Notes: generated by a model not told the origin, from the letters alone. A stretch of DNA of 48,651 bases from a virus (IMGVR_UViG_3300010376_000047:1-48651); one strand, 5' to 3'; positions 28,542-38,339 are shown, numbered from the stretch's first letter. Numbers and translations are program-made.

Positions 28542-31294
28542 CGAACCTCGCGCAGTAGACCGTGGAGCGTCGGCTCCACTATATTGTCCATTCCGTTTCC
28601 TTCCTTGCGAATCATCCGAGCGTTGTAGAGGGTATTGATGATCGCATTTGCATTCTCGCGGTCTACATTCAGAACCTCCTCAAGATCCTGACGCCGAAAG
28701 CGTCCGGTATGTCTGAGGAGTCTCGCGAGGTTACGGTGGCTCAATAGGAACTTGCGGATCTCATCCTTACGCTCCGTGGCCTCCTGTATGTCTAGGATCC
28801 GCTCGCGCGACCGCTCGCCGTAGCCGAGCGTTGGCATGTCGTAGATTAGGTCGATGAACCGAACCGCATCCTTGACGTGAGCGGGAGTAACGAGGATCTT
28901 CTCAAAGGTGTCGTCGGTCGAGAACGTCCGAGCGGCGATGGCAACCGATAGACGGGCGATCTTGATGCGAGCGTTCGCAGCTTGGAGCAGCGGTGGATCC
29001 TCTACATAGCGGTCGCCTACTTCCATGGCGAGCTTGAAGACTGAATCCTCCGCGCCGCGCGCCCATACGATCTGGTCTAGGTGTCTCGTCCACACCCACA
29101 TCAAGAGCGTATGGCAGGCTTCGCTCGTATACTTGAGTTCGCCGGTCTCTAGGCGTTTGTTGATCTCGTCCGGCGAGACGTCATGGCGCGACAGAGCCAT
29201 CGCGAGATCGAACCGCGCGATGTCTTCGGCGTTACCGATGAGCGGGCCTAGCGCATCGACGCCGTACGTGTATTCGTCCATCGTCGCGTTACGCGGGTTG
29301 CCGAGCCAGAGTAGCCGCGTTCGGGCGAACGTAACCTCTTGCTGAATCTTCGTTAGTCGGGCCAGACCAGACGCCCGCACGTCTGACATCTTTGCAATCT
29401 CTTCGGGGTGTAGGCCTGATAGCTCATCGATGACGACGAGTCTGCGGTCATTGATTGGAATGACTCCCCAAGTAACGGCCCAATCTCTTCCACTAATCTG
29501 CTGCAACCCTCCAACCAGGCCAGCAATAGTCGCCGCTTCACCGCCGACAATCTCTCCTGCTCCATAATGGCGTACCAGTCGTTCAGCAGCCTCAGACTTC
29601 CCTGTGCGAGTATCTCCAACGATGAGAGACTCGATCCATCCTCTGTGGACAACCTGACCTCCAAACTTGAACGAGAGCGGAGAATGGAAGGTCAGATCCA
29701 TGACGGCATGCATCTCCGGTCGTCCTATGATTTTGGTTACATGAGCCGCCATAGTCCGAGCGATCTCGCCGACCTTGAGTAACGGCCGTTGGCCGCGACG
29801 AGGCTGGAACCGCTTCATCAGTTTCTGCGCATCCGTCGTCATTTCGAATCGGTCTACACTCGTCTCCTGTTCTTGGATGTCCCAAGCTAGGAACTCGTTG
29901 TGTTGATCGTTCGGGTTCGGATAGAGCGCGCCGGTCGCAACAATGGTGGTATTCGCCATCGTATCATATCTCCCAACAGACGTGATCTTGATGTTCTTAT
30001 AGCTACCGGCCTGCGATCCGTCCGCATGGTCGAGCGACGGGCGCGCGTACAACTCTTCGACGGCTTGGTGGTCTTCGATCTCGATGTCGAGCTTCCCGCA
30101 CTTCTGCGCCCCGTACTCCATTCGCAACATCTCGTGTATCTGGTTCTGGCTCGCTCCGAGCATCCCGAGGATCTTCGGACTGGTTGGCGGTATCTCCATA
30201 GTCGCCTCGCCGCCGACGGAGTTCATCGGGCAGATCTTACATTTGGGGCCAGCGTCTTGGGTACAGTTGAGCTTCGCCTTCCATGGTATGGTGTAGCCCG
30301 GATCCTTCTTCCCTTTGATCGTTACCTGCAGCTTCACCGGATCTCCGACGCGGTGGGCGTCGAATGAGTCGAGTACGGTCACAACCCCCGCGTCTTTCCC
30401 GTTCCGCCTCTTCAGCGGTTGGGCTTCGGCGAGCAAAGATTCGAAGTCGGCAGCGTCATGTTCGCGCCAGAAATCACTGATGTCCTTACCGTGCTTATCA
30501 ACCAACTCATATGGAAGCTCGACGATCCGGACATCGGCTGTCTTCCCCAACGAGCGCGCGATCTTGCGAGCGCCGCCCAACCCTTCCTTGTCGCAGTCCT
30601 GAGCGATGAAGACGAGCTTGTCCTTGAAGAGAGGGTTCCAGCGTGGGTACCAAGTCTTCGCTCCGGACGTGCGAGTGATCGCCGCGTATCCGTGCTGAAT
30701 AGTAACGAGCGTATCCCACTCACCCTCGCAGATGATGATCCGGTCGGCGGCTAGCTGGCTGACCGGGAATAGCTCGGTGACTCGCATCCCCGTAACGCTC
30801 CATATCTTCGTCCTAGCGCCTTCTCTAGTGGTGTACCGCCGTACGTTCCATATCTCCCGCTCCGGGCCTCTAATCGGGATCGTGTACGCCTGCTTGGCTC
30901 GATCCCAGCCTATTTCGAAGTCAACCATCGTCTTGGTATGTATCCCGCGCTCGATGAGATACTCGCACACCGTCTCGTCGTCTAGCAGCGCCGCGTGCCA
31001 TCCTTGGATTCGTCCCTCGGTGATGACTTCGGTCTCGCCCGAGCGGTGGGGAGAGCCGCCATTGAGTGCGGCCCTCCCCGGATCTACCCATTGACTCTTC
31101 GCCGCGATCAGATCGGTGACCCGACCGCCGCCACAGCCTGCGAAGCAGTACCACTCGCCGGTCAGCGTGTTGAGTGACGCCGACCGATCCGCGTCTTCGT
31201 GGAGTGGGCAGTACATATCCCACTCGCCGTTCGTGCGCGGCTTACCGATCAGGTACGGCCTGAGTAGGCGCTTATGGCGTTCCGAGAGAGCCAT
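28535..31294 (-). CDS. primase-helicase (CHC2 Zn finger, TOPRIM, MCM-like AAA+)
   Basis: CPLHED...CFAGC; ICEGEWD, QDCD; GDTRTGKS Walker A, VVIDE Walker B, RFDL. Confidence 0.88.
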   Translation of the reverse strand: MALSERHKRLLRPYLIGKPRTNGEWDMYCPLHEDADRSASLNTLTGEWYCFAGCGGGRVTDLIAAKSQWVDPGRAALNGGSPHRSGETEVITEGRIQGWHAALLDDETVCEYLIERGIHTKTMVDFEIGWDRAKQAYTIPIRGPEREIWNVRRYTTREGARTKIWSVTGMRVTELFPVSQLAADRIIICEGEWDTLVTIQHGYAAITRTSGAKTWYPRWNPLFKDKLVFIAQDCDKEGLGGARKIARSLGKTADVRIVELPYELVDKHGKDISDFWREHDAADFESLLAEAQPLKRRNGKDAGVVTVLDSFDAHRVGDPVKLQVTIKGKKDPGYTIPWKAKLNCTQDAGPKCKICPMNSVGGEATMEIPPTSPKILGMLGASQNQIHEMLRMEYGAQKCGKLDIEIEDHQAVEELYARPSLDHADGSQAGSYKNIKITSVGRYDTMANTTIVATGALYPNPNDQHNEFLAWDIQEQETSVDRFEMTTDAQKLMKRFQPRRGQRPLLKVGEIARTMAAHVTKIIGRPEMHAVMDLTFHSPLSFKFGGQVVHRGWIESLIVGDTRTGKSEAAERLVRHYGAGEIVGGEAATIAGLVGGLQQISGRDWAVTWGVIPINDRRLVVIDELSGLHPEEIAKMSDVRASGLARLTKIQQEVTFARTRLLWLGNPRNATMDEYTYGVDALGPLIGNAEDIARFDLAMALSRHDVSPDEINKRLETGELKYTSEACHTLLMWVWTRHLDQIVWARGAEDSVFKLAMEVGDRYVEDPPLLQAANARIKIARLSVAIAARTFSTDDTFEKILVTPAHVKDAVRFIDLIYDMPTLGYGERSRERILDIQEATERKDEIRKFLLSHRNLARLLRHTGRFRRQDLEEVLNVDRENANAIINTLYNARMIRKEGNGMDNIVEPTLHGLLREVRW

Positions 31295-31314
31295 GGGGGT
31301 CGGCTACTCGGAGA

Positions 31315-32322
31315 TCAGAACGGCTCGGCGGCTTTGTCGTCTTCCTGCAGAGCCGCGATGAGCTTGTCCTTGGTCTTCCGTCCCGTGATCTTGATATCCG
31401 CATCCTGCTCGTTGCGGGTCGCGATCTCGTCCTGCAACTCCTCCAGCGTCCACTCGGAGTAGTCGTCACCCTCCTCGTCGCCGCTGTCCTGGCCGGCACC
31501 GTTGACGACGTTCGCCGCCGACGACGCGAGCGAGACGATGGCCTCGATGTACTTGGCCCGCGTCTTCCGACCGCCGATGTTGCCGAGGATACCCAGATCC
31601 TCCGCGTACACCTTCAGGTCGTCATCCTCCCAGTCGTCGTAGAACTTCGCATCGGTGCGAAGATCCTCCAACAACTCGGGGTCGAGATCCAGGCCACCGC
31701 CATTGGTCTCGGCTTCGGCCTCTGCCTCTGGCTCCTCGCCGTCGCCCTGAGCATCCAGGATCGCGTCGATAGCCTTCTGCTTGTTGAAGCGACCGCGCGG
31801 GATCGCGATGCCCTGAGCGGTCATCTCCTCCTTCAGATCCTCGGGCGACCAGTCGGCCAGTTCCTCGGCCGTCAGCGGCTCGTCATCGCCGCCGCCCTCG
31901 GGCATGCCCTCGCCATCCTCTTCGACCTTGCCCGGTGCGAAGAGAGACCGAACGCGCCCGCGATACTCGCCTTCCAGGTTGGTGTCGGCAACGACCTTGA
32001 CGTTGACCGCCTTACCGACCTGCTTGGCCGTATCGAACTGACCCTTGGCCGGCAGCTTCAGCGCATCGGTAAGCTCGCGGAACTTCCATCCGTGAGCCGC
32101 CTCGTTGTACGCGGAGTCGTCCGGCGTCTTGACATACGTCCAGAGGCGGGAATACTCCTCGCCAACGTCCACGACCACTTCCAGGTCGCGTACCGGCGAG
32201 CCGTCTGCCTTCTCGGTGCGCGCCGTAATGGACGCGATCTTGCCCTGGTAGAGACCTGGCTGCGGCTGTTCGCCACCGCCGCCAGATTCTACGTTACTGA
32301 CATCGTACTTGATGACTGCCAT
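31315..32322 (-). CDS. SSB-like (DUF669-type) protein with acidic linker and three HeH/Rho-N-like repeats
   Basis: N-terminal PQPGLYQGKI OB-like region; repeats W(S/T)xEDL...K(x)K.I.A(I/L). Confidence 0.6.
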   Translation of the reverse strand: MAVIKYDVSNVESGGGGEQPQPGLYQGKIASITARTEKADGSPVRDLEVVVDVGEEYSRLWTYVKTPDDSAYNEAAHGWKFRELTDALKLPAKGQFDTAKQVGKAVNVKVVADTNLEGEYRGRVRSLFAPGKVEEDGEGMPEGGGDDEPLTAEELADWSPEDLKEEMTAQGIAIPRGRFNKQKAIDAILDAQGDGEEPEAEAEAETNGGGLDLDPELLEDLRTDAKFYDDWEDDDLKVYAEDLGILGNIGGRKTRAKYIEAIVSLASSAANVVNGAGQDSGDEEGDDYSEWTLEELQDEIATRNEQDADIKITGRKTKDKLIAALQEDDKAAEPF

Positions 32323-33144
32323 CTAGCTTTGCTCCCTCCTTCTTCTTCTCGTTGAACGTCCATTCGCTGAAGGCCGACCAGCTTGGATCGCCTTCAACAT
32401 CTCGGGTAGAGTCGGGTTGATTATGTCCCCGCTTCCGAAGACAGAACCACCGTCGGGAAGCTTGATTTGGCATTTGGCGTAGTAGCTCTCCGTCGCGTTG
32501 GTATGAAGCACCCTGACCTTCCGTTTCCGTCCGCGCGTCTCGCGCTCCTGGATGGATCCGTAGCCGACGATGTTCATCATACCGCAGATCTTCTGCGGCA
32601 TCATCTTCCCCTGCACCCAAGGCCAGAGGCACGACGGCGTTACGCCGTTGTCGTTCGGTTCCCACCAGAACGAATGAGCGGTAATACCAAGATTGACCGT
32701 TCCCGCTCCGACAGTATGACGAATGTACTGCCCGAGCCGCCACATATTGACGCGATACTCACCGCGATCCGGCCCGAACTGTTCACGATCCCGTCGAGCA
32801 AGGGATCCAACTGGCCCCTTTCGGTCGAGAACGTCACCATATACGTCGTCGAGTCCAACATCTTGAAGTAGAGAAATGGAGTCAATCCAGACCCAGTCAT
32901 ACTTCCCTCCTTCGTGCTGGACGTACTCAAGCGTTTCGAATATCTCTTCCCAACTGTTGACGACCACTTCCTCGCAGCCCGAGCCGATGATGGGGTCGGT
33001 GTGGTCGATGGGCGGGCGGATGATCAGCGTCTTGACGTCGTTCCCGCCCGATCCGATCAGCGTCGTCTTACCCCACCCGATGTCGGCGTGTATCAACATC
33101 GAGAGCTTAGACGATGCGCCGACTGGCTGAATGTTCGGCATCAC
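32323..33144 (-). CDS. AAA_24/Sak4-like ATPase (ssDNA annealing)
   Basis: HADIGWGKTT P-loop, WIDSIS, ITAH; between SSB and nuclease. Confidence 0.8.
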   Translation of the reverse strand: MMPNIQPVGASSKLSMLIHADIGWGKTTLIGSGGNDVKTLIIRPPIDHTDPIIGSGCEEVVVNSWEEIFETLEYVQHEGGKYDWVWIDSISLLQDVGLDDVYGDVLDRKGPVGSLARRDREQFGPDRGEYRVNMWRLGQYIRHTVGAGTVNLGITAHSFWWEPNDNGVTPSCLWPWVQGKMMPQKICGMMNIVGYGSIQERETRGRKRKVRVLHTNATESYYAKCQIKLPDGGSVFGSGDIINPTLPEMLKAIQAGRPSANGRSTRRRRREQS

Positions 33145-33515
33145 CTACCCCTCTCGTATACTCTGATTGACGGCTTGTGATTCTCCAAGTGACACTTCCG
33201 GCAGATCTCGACATACTCGTCCGGGTCGAGGCTGTACTCGCCGGTCAGAGAATGTAGATCGGTGCCACCTACCATCCGGAACTTCTTGAGTGGCAACTCC
33301 TCGCGCCGCATGGGTGGAGTCTCTCCGCACCACTCACAGGTTCCGGTCATCCCCTTGATACGCCGCATCTTCTTGTGGATCGCGCTAAGGGTCGCGTCGT
33401 CGCCTTGCATCTGGCCTTTAGGTAGATGGGCGCGCATAGCGTGTCCCGGTGCCCAGTTACCCCACAGGGCGACTCGGCCGCAGCCACACTTGCACAGCCA
33501 CATGTCGCTAGTCAT
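33141..33515 (-). CDS. HNH-like endonuclease
   Basis: CKCGCG N-terminus, CEWCG, YSLDPDEYVEICRKCH; ATGA overlap with the upstream gene. Confidence 0.7.
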   Translation of the reverse strand: MTSDMWLCKCGCGRVALWGNWAPGHAMRAHLPKGQMQGDDATLSAIHKKMRRIKGMTGTCEWCGETPPMRREELPLKKFRMVGGTDLHSLTGEYSLDPDEYVEICRKCHLENHKPSIRVYERGR

Positions 33516-34618
33516 CTCGTCTCTTCCGTGTAGATGGTATGAGCGTCGTAAGGATCCCATGTCTTCGACGCGAGCGCGCGCATCTCTGTCCAGTCCGCGC
33601 CGATCTCGTGTAGCTCGCAGAAGTCGAAGCACCAGCAACCAGGGCAAGTAAACTGGCCCTGATTCTTATACGCCGAGAGCGGTGGCCCGAAGCCGAGCCG
33701 CCCTTCACGACGTACATCTTCCATATCTCGGAACTCCGCGAGTACCTGAGCCCGCGCCATCGCACGCTCGTTGAAGTCGCGGAATATCTCGGTGCGCGTG
33801 AAGTACGGCGCGGGTTGCTTCTTGCTGACCGTACCGTCTTTGTTGAGCGAGAATCCACCCTCATCCTTCGGGCGCTCGTCCGGAAAGGCTTTACGGAGAT
33901 GGTTGTAGATCATTCCGGACGGTCGCTGGTCGGGCTTGAGTAGCCCGTTCGCGTAGATCCAGTCAAGTCCCCACGTCCAGTAACCTGTCGCCTGCGAGTC
34001 GAGCGAGAGGTACATGACGTTGATCGTCTTCGCGGTTTTGTGATCGACAATATGGATCTTCCCGGTGACCCGATTGCGAATGATCAGGTCGAGCGTACCG
34101 ACGTAGATGAACCACGGTTTGCCCGTCACCGGGTGATTGACGACTTGCTGGAACGGTTGCTCTGTGACGAGTACCTCCCACTCGTCGTCCCGCCCGTAAT
34201 GTTTGACGTAGTGGTCGAGCATCGCGACGCCTAGCTCGCGAGCTTCGGCCCAAACCTCGTCCGCTTCCAAGTCGTCAACGCGGAATCCGAACTCACCCTG
34301 CGCTTTGGATTCCTCATCGTAGTAGCGGACGAATGAGTCAGACGGATGGGGGCCACGGCGGACTCCTTTCTTGTAGTAGTCCGCGAGCGCCATATGGACG
34401 AGCGATCCGAACCTCAGAGGCGGCACCGGTGTCTTTGGTTTGAGTACCTCTTCGAACTCCATCCACCACTTCCACCGGCACCGCTTGAAGGTACCCCGTT
34501 CGGACGTACGCAGCATAGGTAGGCCGTCGCGCGGTGTAGCGTGTCGGGTCGCAACGACGGCCCGCCTATGCTGCGCCAAGTCAGCACGGCGTCTTGTACG
34601 CTTGATCGATGTACTCAC
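33512..34618 (-). CDS. Cas4-like / PD-(D/E)xK exonuclease
   Basis: SERGTFKRCRWKW, GSLVHMAL, GTLDLI...IVDHKT, C-terminal CPGCWCFDFC. Confidence 0.85.
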   Translation of the reverse strand: MSTSIKRTRRRADLAQHRRAVVATRHATPRDGLPMLRTSERGTFKRCRWKWWMEFEEVLKPKTPVPPLRFGSLVHMALADYYKKGVRRGPHPSDSFVRYYDEESKAQGEFGFRVDDLEADEVWAEARELGVAMLDHYVKHYGRDDEWEVLVTEQPFQQVVNHPVTGKPWFIYVGTLDLIIRNRVTGKIHIVDHKTAKTINVMYLSLDSQATGYWTWGLDWIYANGLLKPDQRPSGMIYNHLRKAFPDERPKDEGGFSLNKDGTVSKKQPAPYFTRTEIFRDFNERAMARAQVLAEFRDMEDVRREGRLGFGPPLSAYKNQGQFTCPGCWCFDFCELHEIGADWTEMRALASKTWDPYDAHTIYTEETR

Positions 34619-34734
34619 GTGGAATCCTCCTTGGTTGACCCTTCACTTCAGGAGCCGCCCGACACTCGGCTACTCCCCCGCGCGCTCAACCGCCCCGGCC
34701 GCAAGACTCCGGAGCGGCGAGCCGCGCTAGTCGA

Positions 34735-34763
34735 AGCCTACCGGATCCGAAGTTGAAAGTCTA
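34735..34763 (-). promoter_or_regulatory. sigma70-type promoter for the replication operon
   Basis: TAGACT-N17-TAGGCT on the - strand, upstream of the Cas4-like gene. Confidence 0.6.
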
Positions 34764-34954
34764 ATCTCCGCTCCGAGCGGGGTTTTTACGTTGGAGTCCA
34801 CTATACGCGGGACGAAACTGGTTTGAGTTGACAGCCTCGCGCGCGGTAATACCGCACGCCCGCGAGGGCAGCTACCGGCGGAGTCTCGTGTACGCGCGTA
34901 TATGCGCGGACGCGACAAGTGAGCAAGTAGCAGCCTCGCGAGCGTACGATATTA

Positions 34955-35014
34955 GAGGGATGGGGCAGCCCCGTACGAAGTACGGGGCTGGTTGCCCATT
35001 TGGTACCCATCCTC
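34955..35014. other. strong hairpin (terminator or small RNA)
   Basis: CAGCCCCGTAC-GAA-GTACGGGGCTG, with GGATGGG/CCCATCC outer pairing. Confidence 0.55.
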
Positions 35015-35234
35015 ACTCCTTGAACCAGCTGCCCATCGCCTTTAGCTCGGCTTGGGACAACTCTGTCGGGGCGTCTTCAGATACATCCACACGCCGTTTC
35101 CGACCCTTCGGCGGGTTGTTTCGCCTTTCCATCTCCGCCACCTTCTTCTCTGCCAGATCTCTGACGCCACGCTTGACGCCGTAATAGCAGCCGATGACGA
35201 AGGTGATGATACTGATGAACACTAGAACGCTCAT
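35013..35234 (-). CDS. small membrane protein
   Basis: N-terminal TM followed by a basic tail. Confidence 0.65.
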   Translation of the reverse strand: MSVLVFISIITFVIGCYYGVKRGVRDLAEKKVAEMERRNNPPKGRKRRVDVSEDAPTELSQAELKAMGSWFKE

Positions 35235-37009
35235 GCCTTCACCTTCTCCTTGAGGATCTGACGTCGCAGGTCAAGGACGTTCTTGTTCACTTCGAACTTG
35301 TCGTCGTTGACCTTCTTGATGTACTCTTCCACAGTTCCACGCGACCGATAGACGAGGGCCGTCACTTGGTGATTTCTCGTTGTATCGACCGCGCGGTCAG
35401 TGACCTGAGTCTGATCGTCCGGGTTCCAGGTCTCATCGAGTACGTGAACGTCACTCGCTCGATTCAACGTGATCCCGACACCGGCTGCCGCAGTCACCAG
35501 GATCGCGACCCGTACCCGACCGGCTTGGAAGTCGGCCATGATGCGGTTGCGATCCTTCTGCTTGACTGCGCCCGAGATGATCTCACACCGGATACCTACC
35601 CGGTTCAGGTACTTGTAGATCATCTCAGCGGTCTCGCGGAACTGGCTCGCGATGATCGCCTGGTCGTCACCCTCCGGATCCGCCGGATCAATCCCGCGTT
35701 CTGCAAGCTTGTCCAGCAGCATCGGGATCTTCCCGGATTCCTCGGTGGCCTTGACCTTCATATCAACGCGCCCGGTCTCTTCATCTACGCCGAGAACCTC
35801 GACTGAGCACTTGTGGTTCGCGAACTGCTTGAGCCTCGTATACTCAGCCAGGATTGAGGTAGCGGAGAGATGATACTCATCGATGCGAACTTCTGCCGCA
35901 TTGGCGAACTCGGTATATTGAGCCGCCTGCTTCGGGGTCATATCGCACCAGACATCGATCCACTGCGTCTCAGGCAGCTGCGGCAGGACTTCAGAACGAA
36001 GCCGCCGAACTGCATGAGGAGCTAGAGCCTGGTAGAACGCATCCTCGCGACCCTTGATGATGTTCCCGATCTGCTTGTGGTTGCCCCAGGTCGTCTCGAT
36101 CACCAGCCACTGAGCAGCCCATCGCCACTTTGATGTATACTTCTCAGGTTCCAGCCAGTGGAGTGCGCCCCAGAGCTTGATCGGCTTACCACCCATCGGT
36201 GTGCCGCTCAGAGCGTACTTCCGTTGAGCCTTGATCGCCTTCGCCACCTTCGGGAAAGCGTTGGTCACCACAGGCAGCCCCGTCTTATGGAACTCGTCAA
36301 TCGTGAATGAGTTCCACTCGATCTTCGGGAAGTTGCCTCGACGGATCATGTCCGCCGTCGTGACGAACCAGAACGGCTTTCCATCCTTCAGGCAGCGATC
36401 TACGACACGTTCACAGTCGGCCTTCTCCGCAAGGTTCAGGTCTCCCGAGAACGTTACCACGGTATGATCAGTCCACCGTTCGATCTCCATACGCCAAACA
36501 CTGTCCAGCGTAGACTTCGGCGCGACGACGAGATGACCGCCGTTCTCCAAATCAGCTTCGAAGACTGAGGCGATCACCTCAGTCGTCTTGCCGAGTCTAG
36601 GCTCCAGTAGATTGAGGCACGAAGTCGTCGCCATGAACATCACGTCAGCCCGCTGGTACGGACGAAACCACTTCGCAAGCTTGGGGAGCTTCTTGTACAG
36701 CTTCATACTCTTCAGCGGCGCATCGTCCGCGACCGCCAGAGTCTTCAGGCTGCTCTCCTTCTTCACCTGCTTGCGACCCCACTGCTTGAGAGCGTTCCCG
36801 AGTTGGAGACCTTCTCCAAACTCCTCGCGAAGACGCCTCATGACAACGAGATCGAGTGGCAGCGTCCACTTCGGGCCACCGTTGTTCGCATTCACGAACT
36901 TGGCTCCGAGAGGCTTCAGCCGGTTCATCGCCAGTACAGCATCAGGGCTGTACCGGAAATGTACCTCGCAGCGATCACCCTCTTCTGTTAGCTCGGCGAA
37001 CGCTTGCAT
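35231..37009 (-). CDS. SNF2/SF2 helicase
   Basis: RPYQ, PRLGKT, IDEFH, SGTP, GVGITL...QVTDRA; ATG 37009 has RBS AAGGAG. Confidence 0.88.
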   Translation of the reverse strand: MQAFAELTEEGDRCEVHFRYSPDAVLAMNRLKPLGAKFVNANNGGPKWTLPLDLVVMRRLREEFGEGLQLGNALKQWGRKQVKKESSLKTLAVADDAPLKSMKLYKKLPKLAKWFRPYQRADVMFMATTSCLNLLEPRLGKTTEVIASVFEADLENGGHLVVAPKSTLDSVWRMEIERWTDHTVVTFSGDLNLAEKADCERVVDRCLKDGKPFWFVTTADMIRRGNFPKIEWNSFTIDEFHKTGLPVVTNAFPKVAKAIKAQRKYALSGTPMGGKPIKLWGALHWLEPEKYTSKWRWAAQWLVIETTWGNHKQIGNIIKGREDAFYQALAPHAVRRLRSEVLPQLPETQWIDVWCDMTPKQAAQYTEFANAAEVRIDEYHLSATSILAEYTRLKQFANHKCSVEVLGVDEETGRVDMKVKATEESGKIPMLLDKLAERGIDPADPEGDDQAIIASQFRETAEMIYKYLNRVGIRCEIISGAVKQKDRNRIMADFQAGRVRVAILVTAAAGVGITLNRASDVHVLDETWNPDDQTQVTDRAVDTTRNHQVTALVYRSRGTVEEYIKKVNDDKFEVNKNVLDLRRQILKEKVKA

Positions 37010-37283
37010 CTTTGCCTCTCCTTCTACCTCGGTAGATTGCATAGACTTCACTGCCGCGTGCAGCGAACTCCCAGACATGGTTCGGCTCGGGGATGTTCAC
37101 TAGACGCGCGTGCAGGTTCGACTGGAGCTTATTCGCGTGCATGGGTGTCTCACAGGTGTAAACCAAAGCCCACCTGTTCGGGTTCTCGACGAGCGGCTGG
37201 AGTTGCACCATCCACTTACCGAACATTCCACCACGCTTGCGAGGAGGCTCCTTGACGAACTGCACCTTTTGTTCCTCAGGCAT
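36975..37283 (-). CDS. hypothetical protein
   Basis: MPEEQKVQF...; preceded by the conserved extended RBS. Confidence 0.7.
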   Translation of the reverse strand: MPEEQKVQFVKEPPRKRGGMFGKWMVQLQPLVENPNRWALVYTCETPMHANKLQSNLHARLVNIPEPNHVWEFAARGSEVYAIYRGRRRGKDASVRRANRRG

Positions 37284-37298
37284 AGTACCCTCCTTTTT

Positions 37299-37475
37299 CT
37301 TGACGGCCAGGAACACGCCCGGAGTTGAACCGGGAATACCCGTCGTGTTCAGAAGTAGTTGGGGGATCCGGGGAGGGTACCAATCCGACCCGGATCCCCC
37401 TTCGCCGCCGCCAGGGCAGCGGATCTACCCGGCGCGGCGAGCTTGTAGGCTGGTGTATAACGCTTTCCCAGCCTC
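37299..37475 (-). ncRNA. multi-hairpin structured RNA with anti-RBS loop and T-loop-like arm
   Basis: Four consecutive hairpins including GGGGGATCCGGG/CCCGGATCCCCC and CCCGG-TTCAACT-CCGGG. Confidence 0.55.
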
Positions 37476-37479
37476 TAGC

Positions 37480-37749
37480 CTAGCCGATCTCCCGCCTAGC
37501 CGGTACGCGGCCTGTACGGAAGCAATAGGGACAGCTGCGACCGATGATCACAGTCGGTAAAACCTGCTGTCCTTTCTTTACACGGAATGGCCGTAACCAT
37601 TCACGTTCGGCTACCAGGAACGGACGGTCACCCATCGTCCCTGGGCAATCCTTTCGACCGCATCTGACGATCAAGAAGCCGGGGAAATCCTTGCTTCTCG
37701 TCGCCTGGTACAGAGGCAGCCGACTGACGAACTCTTCTTGCGTTCTCAT
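37480..37749 (-). CDS. small Zn-finger protein
   Basis: CGRKDC...CPYC. Confidence 0.65.
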   Translation of the reverse strand: MRTQEEFVSRLPLYQATRSKDFPGFLIVRCGRKDCPGTMGDRPFLVAEREWLRPFRVKKGQQVLPTVIIGRSCPYCFRTGRVPARREIG

Positions 37750-38339
37750 CGCTTGATCCTTTCAAACGCCAGTCGATAGGTGCAGAGGAAATCCTCCACT
37801 TCATCCGGATCCTTGTTCCGCAGTATGGCCGGCAAAAGCTCCTCAGGGAACGTCTGCCAACAACCTCGCGTACTCAAGCCGAGAGCTTTGATGCCCGCCT
37901 GTGTTCCAGCGTGCAGGTAGATCCGCTCTGGCTTCAATCCAAGGAACGCTCCGAACCGTACAGCTACATCGTACGTCGTCATTGGCCCGATGCCTTTCGG
38001 CGCTCGGAGATCGATGGCGTTGTACAGCTGTCCGAAAGTCTCGGACTTGACCAGAGCATTGATGGAGTCAACTAGCTTACGCTCCAACTCAGGCAACGCC
38101 GGACTTACCTTCGACTGATGGTTGTGCATCTTTCCGTTTGGACGCTTGCTGCGCACCGCTCGACGCAGCGCGTCTAGTGCTGTTATGTCATGCGCACAAG
38201 CGTCCGGAATGTCATCTCGGAATCGACACACTGGGCTCGCGGGATCTCGTCGCCGCCGCTTGAAGTCGTACCACAACGCTGTCATGGTAGTCATCTCGGC
38301 GCGCGGTGGATCACGCTCCCATTCCTTCAGAATGTCCAC
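37746..38339 (-). CDS. HhH-fold protein (glycosylase / aGPT-pyrophosphorylase-like candidate)
   Basis: KGIGPMTTYDVAVRFG...YLHAGT...EVEDFLC; GTG start after the extended RBS. Confidence 0.55.
   Translation of the reverse strand: MDILKEWERDPPRAEMTTMTALWYDFKRRRRDPASPVCRFRDDIPDACAHDITALDALRRAVRSKRPNGKMHNHQSKVSPALPELERKLVDSINALVKSETFGQLYNAIDLRAPKGIGPMTTYDVAVRFGAFLGLKPERIYLHAGTQAGIKALGLSTRGCWQTFPEELLPAILRNKDPDEVEDFLCTYRLAFERIKR

Noticed and set aside
23433-31294. Inteins or introns in DnaE or the primase-helicase
   Set aside because: Lengths are ordinary, catalytic motifs are contiguous, and no intein splice motifs were seen.
34951-34998. 15-aa micro-ORF (MGNQPRTSYGAAPSL) after the variant RBS at 35001
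   Set aside because: It lies entirely within a strong hairpin and has no independent coding support; kept only as part of the RNA-structure finding.
37311-37350. tRNA gene
   Set aside because: Only a T-arm and one closing stem are present; no D arm, anticodon arm or CCA end.
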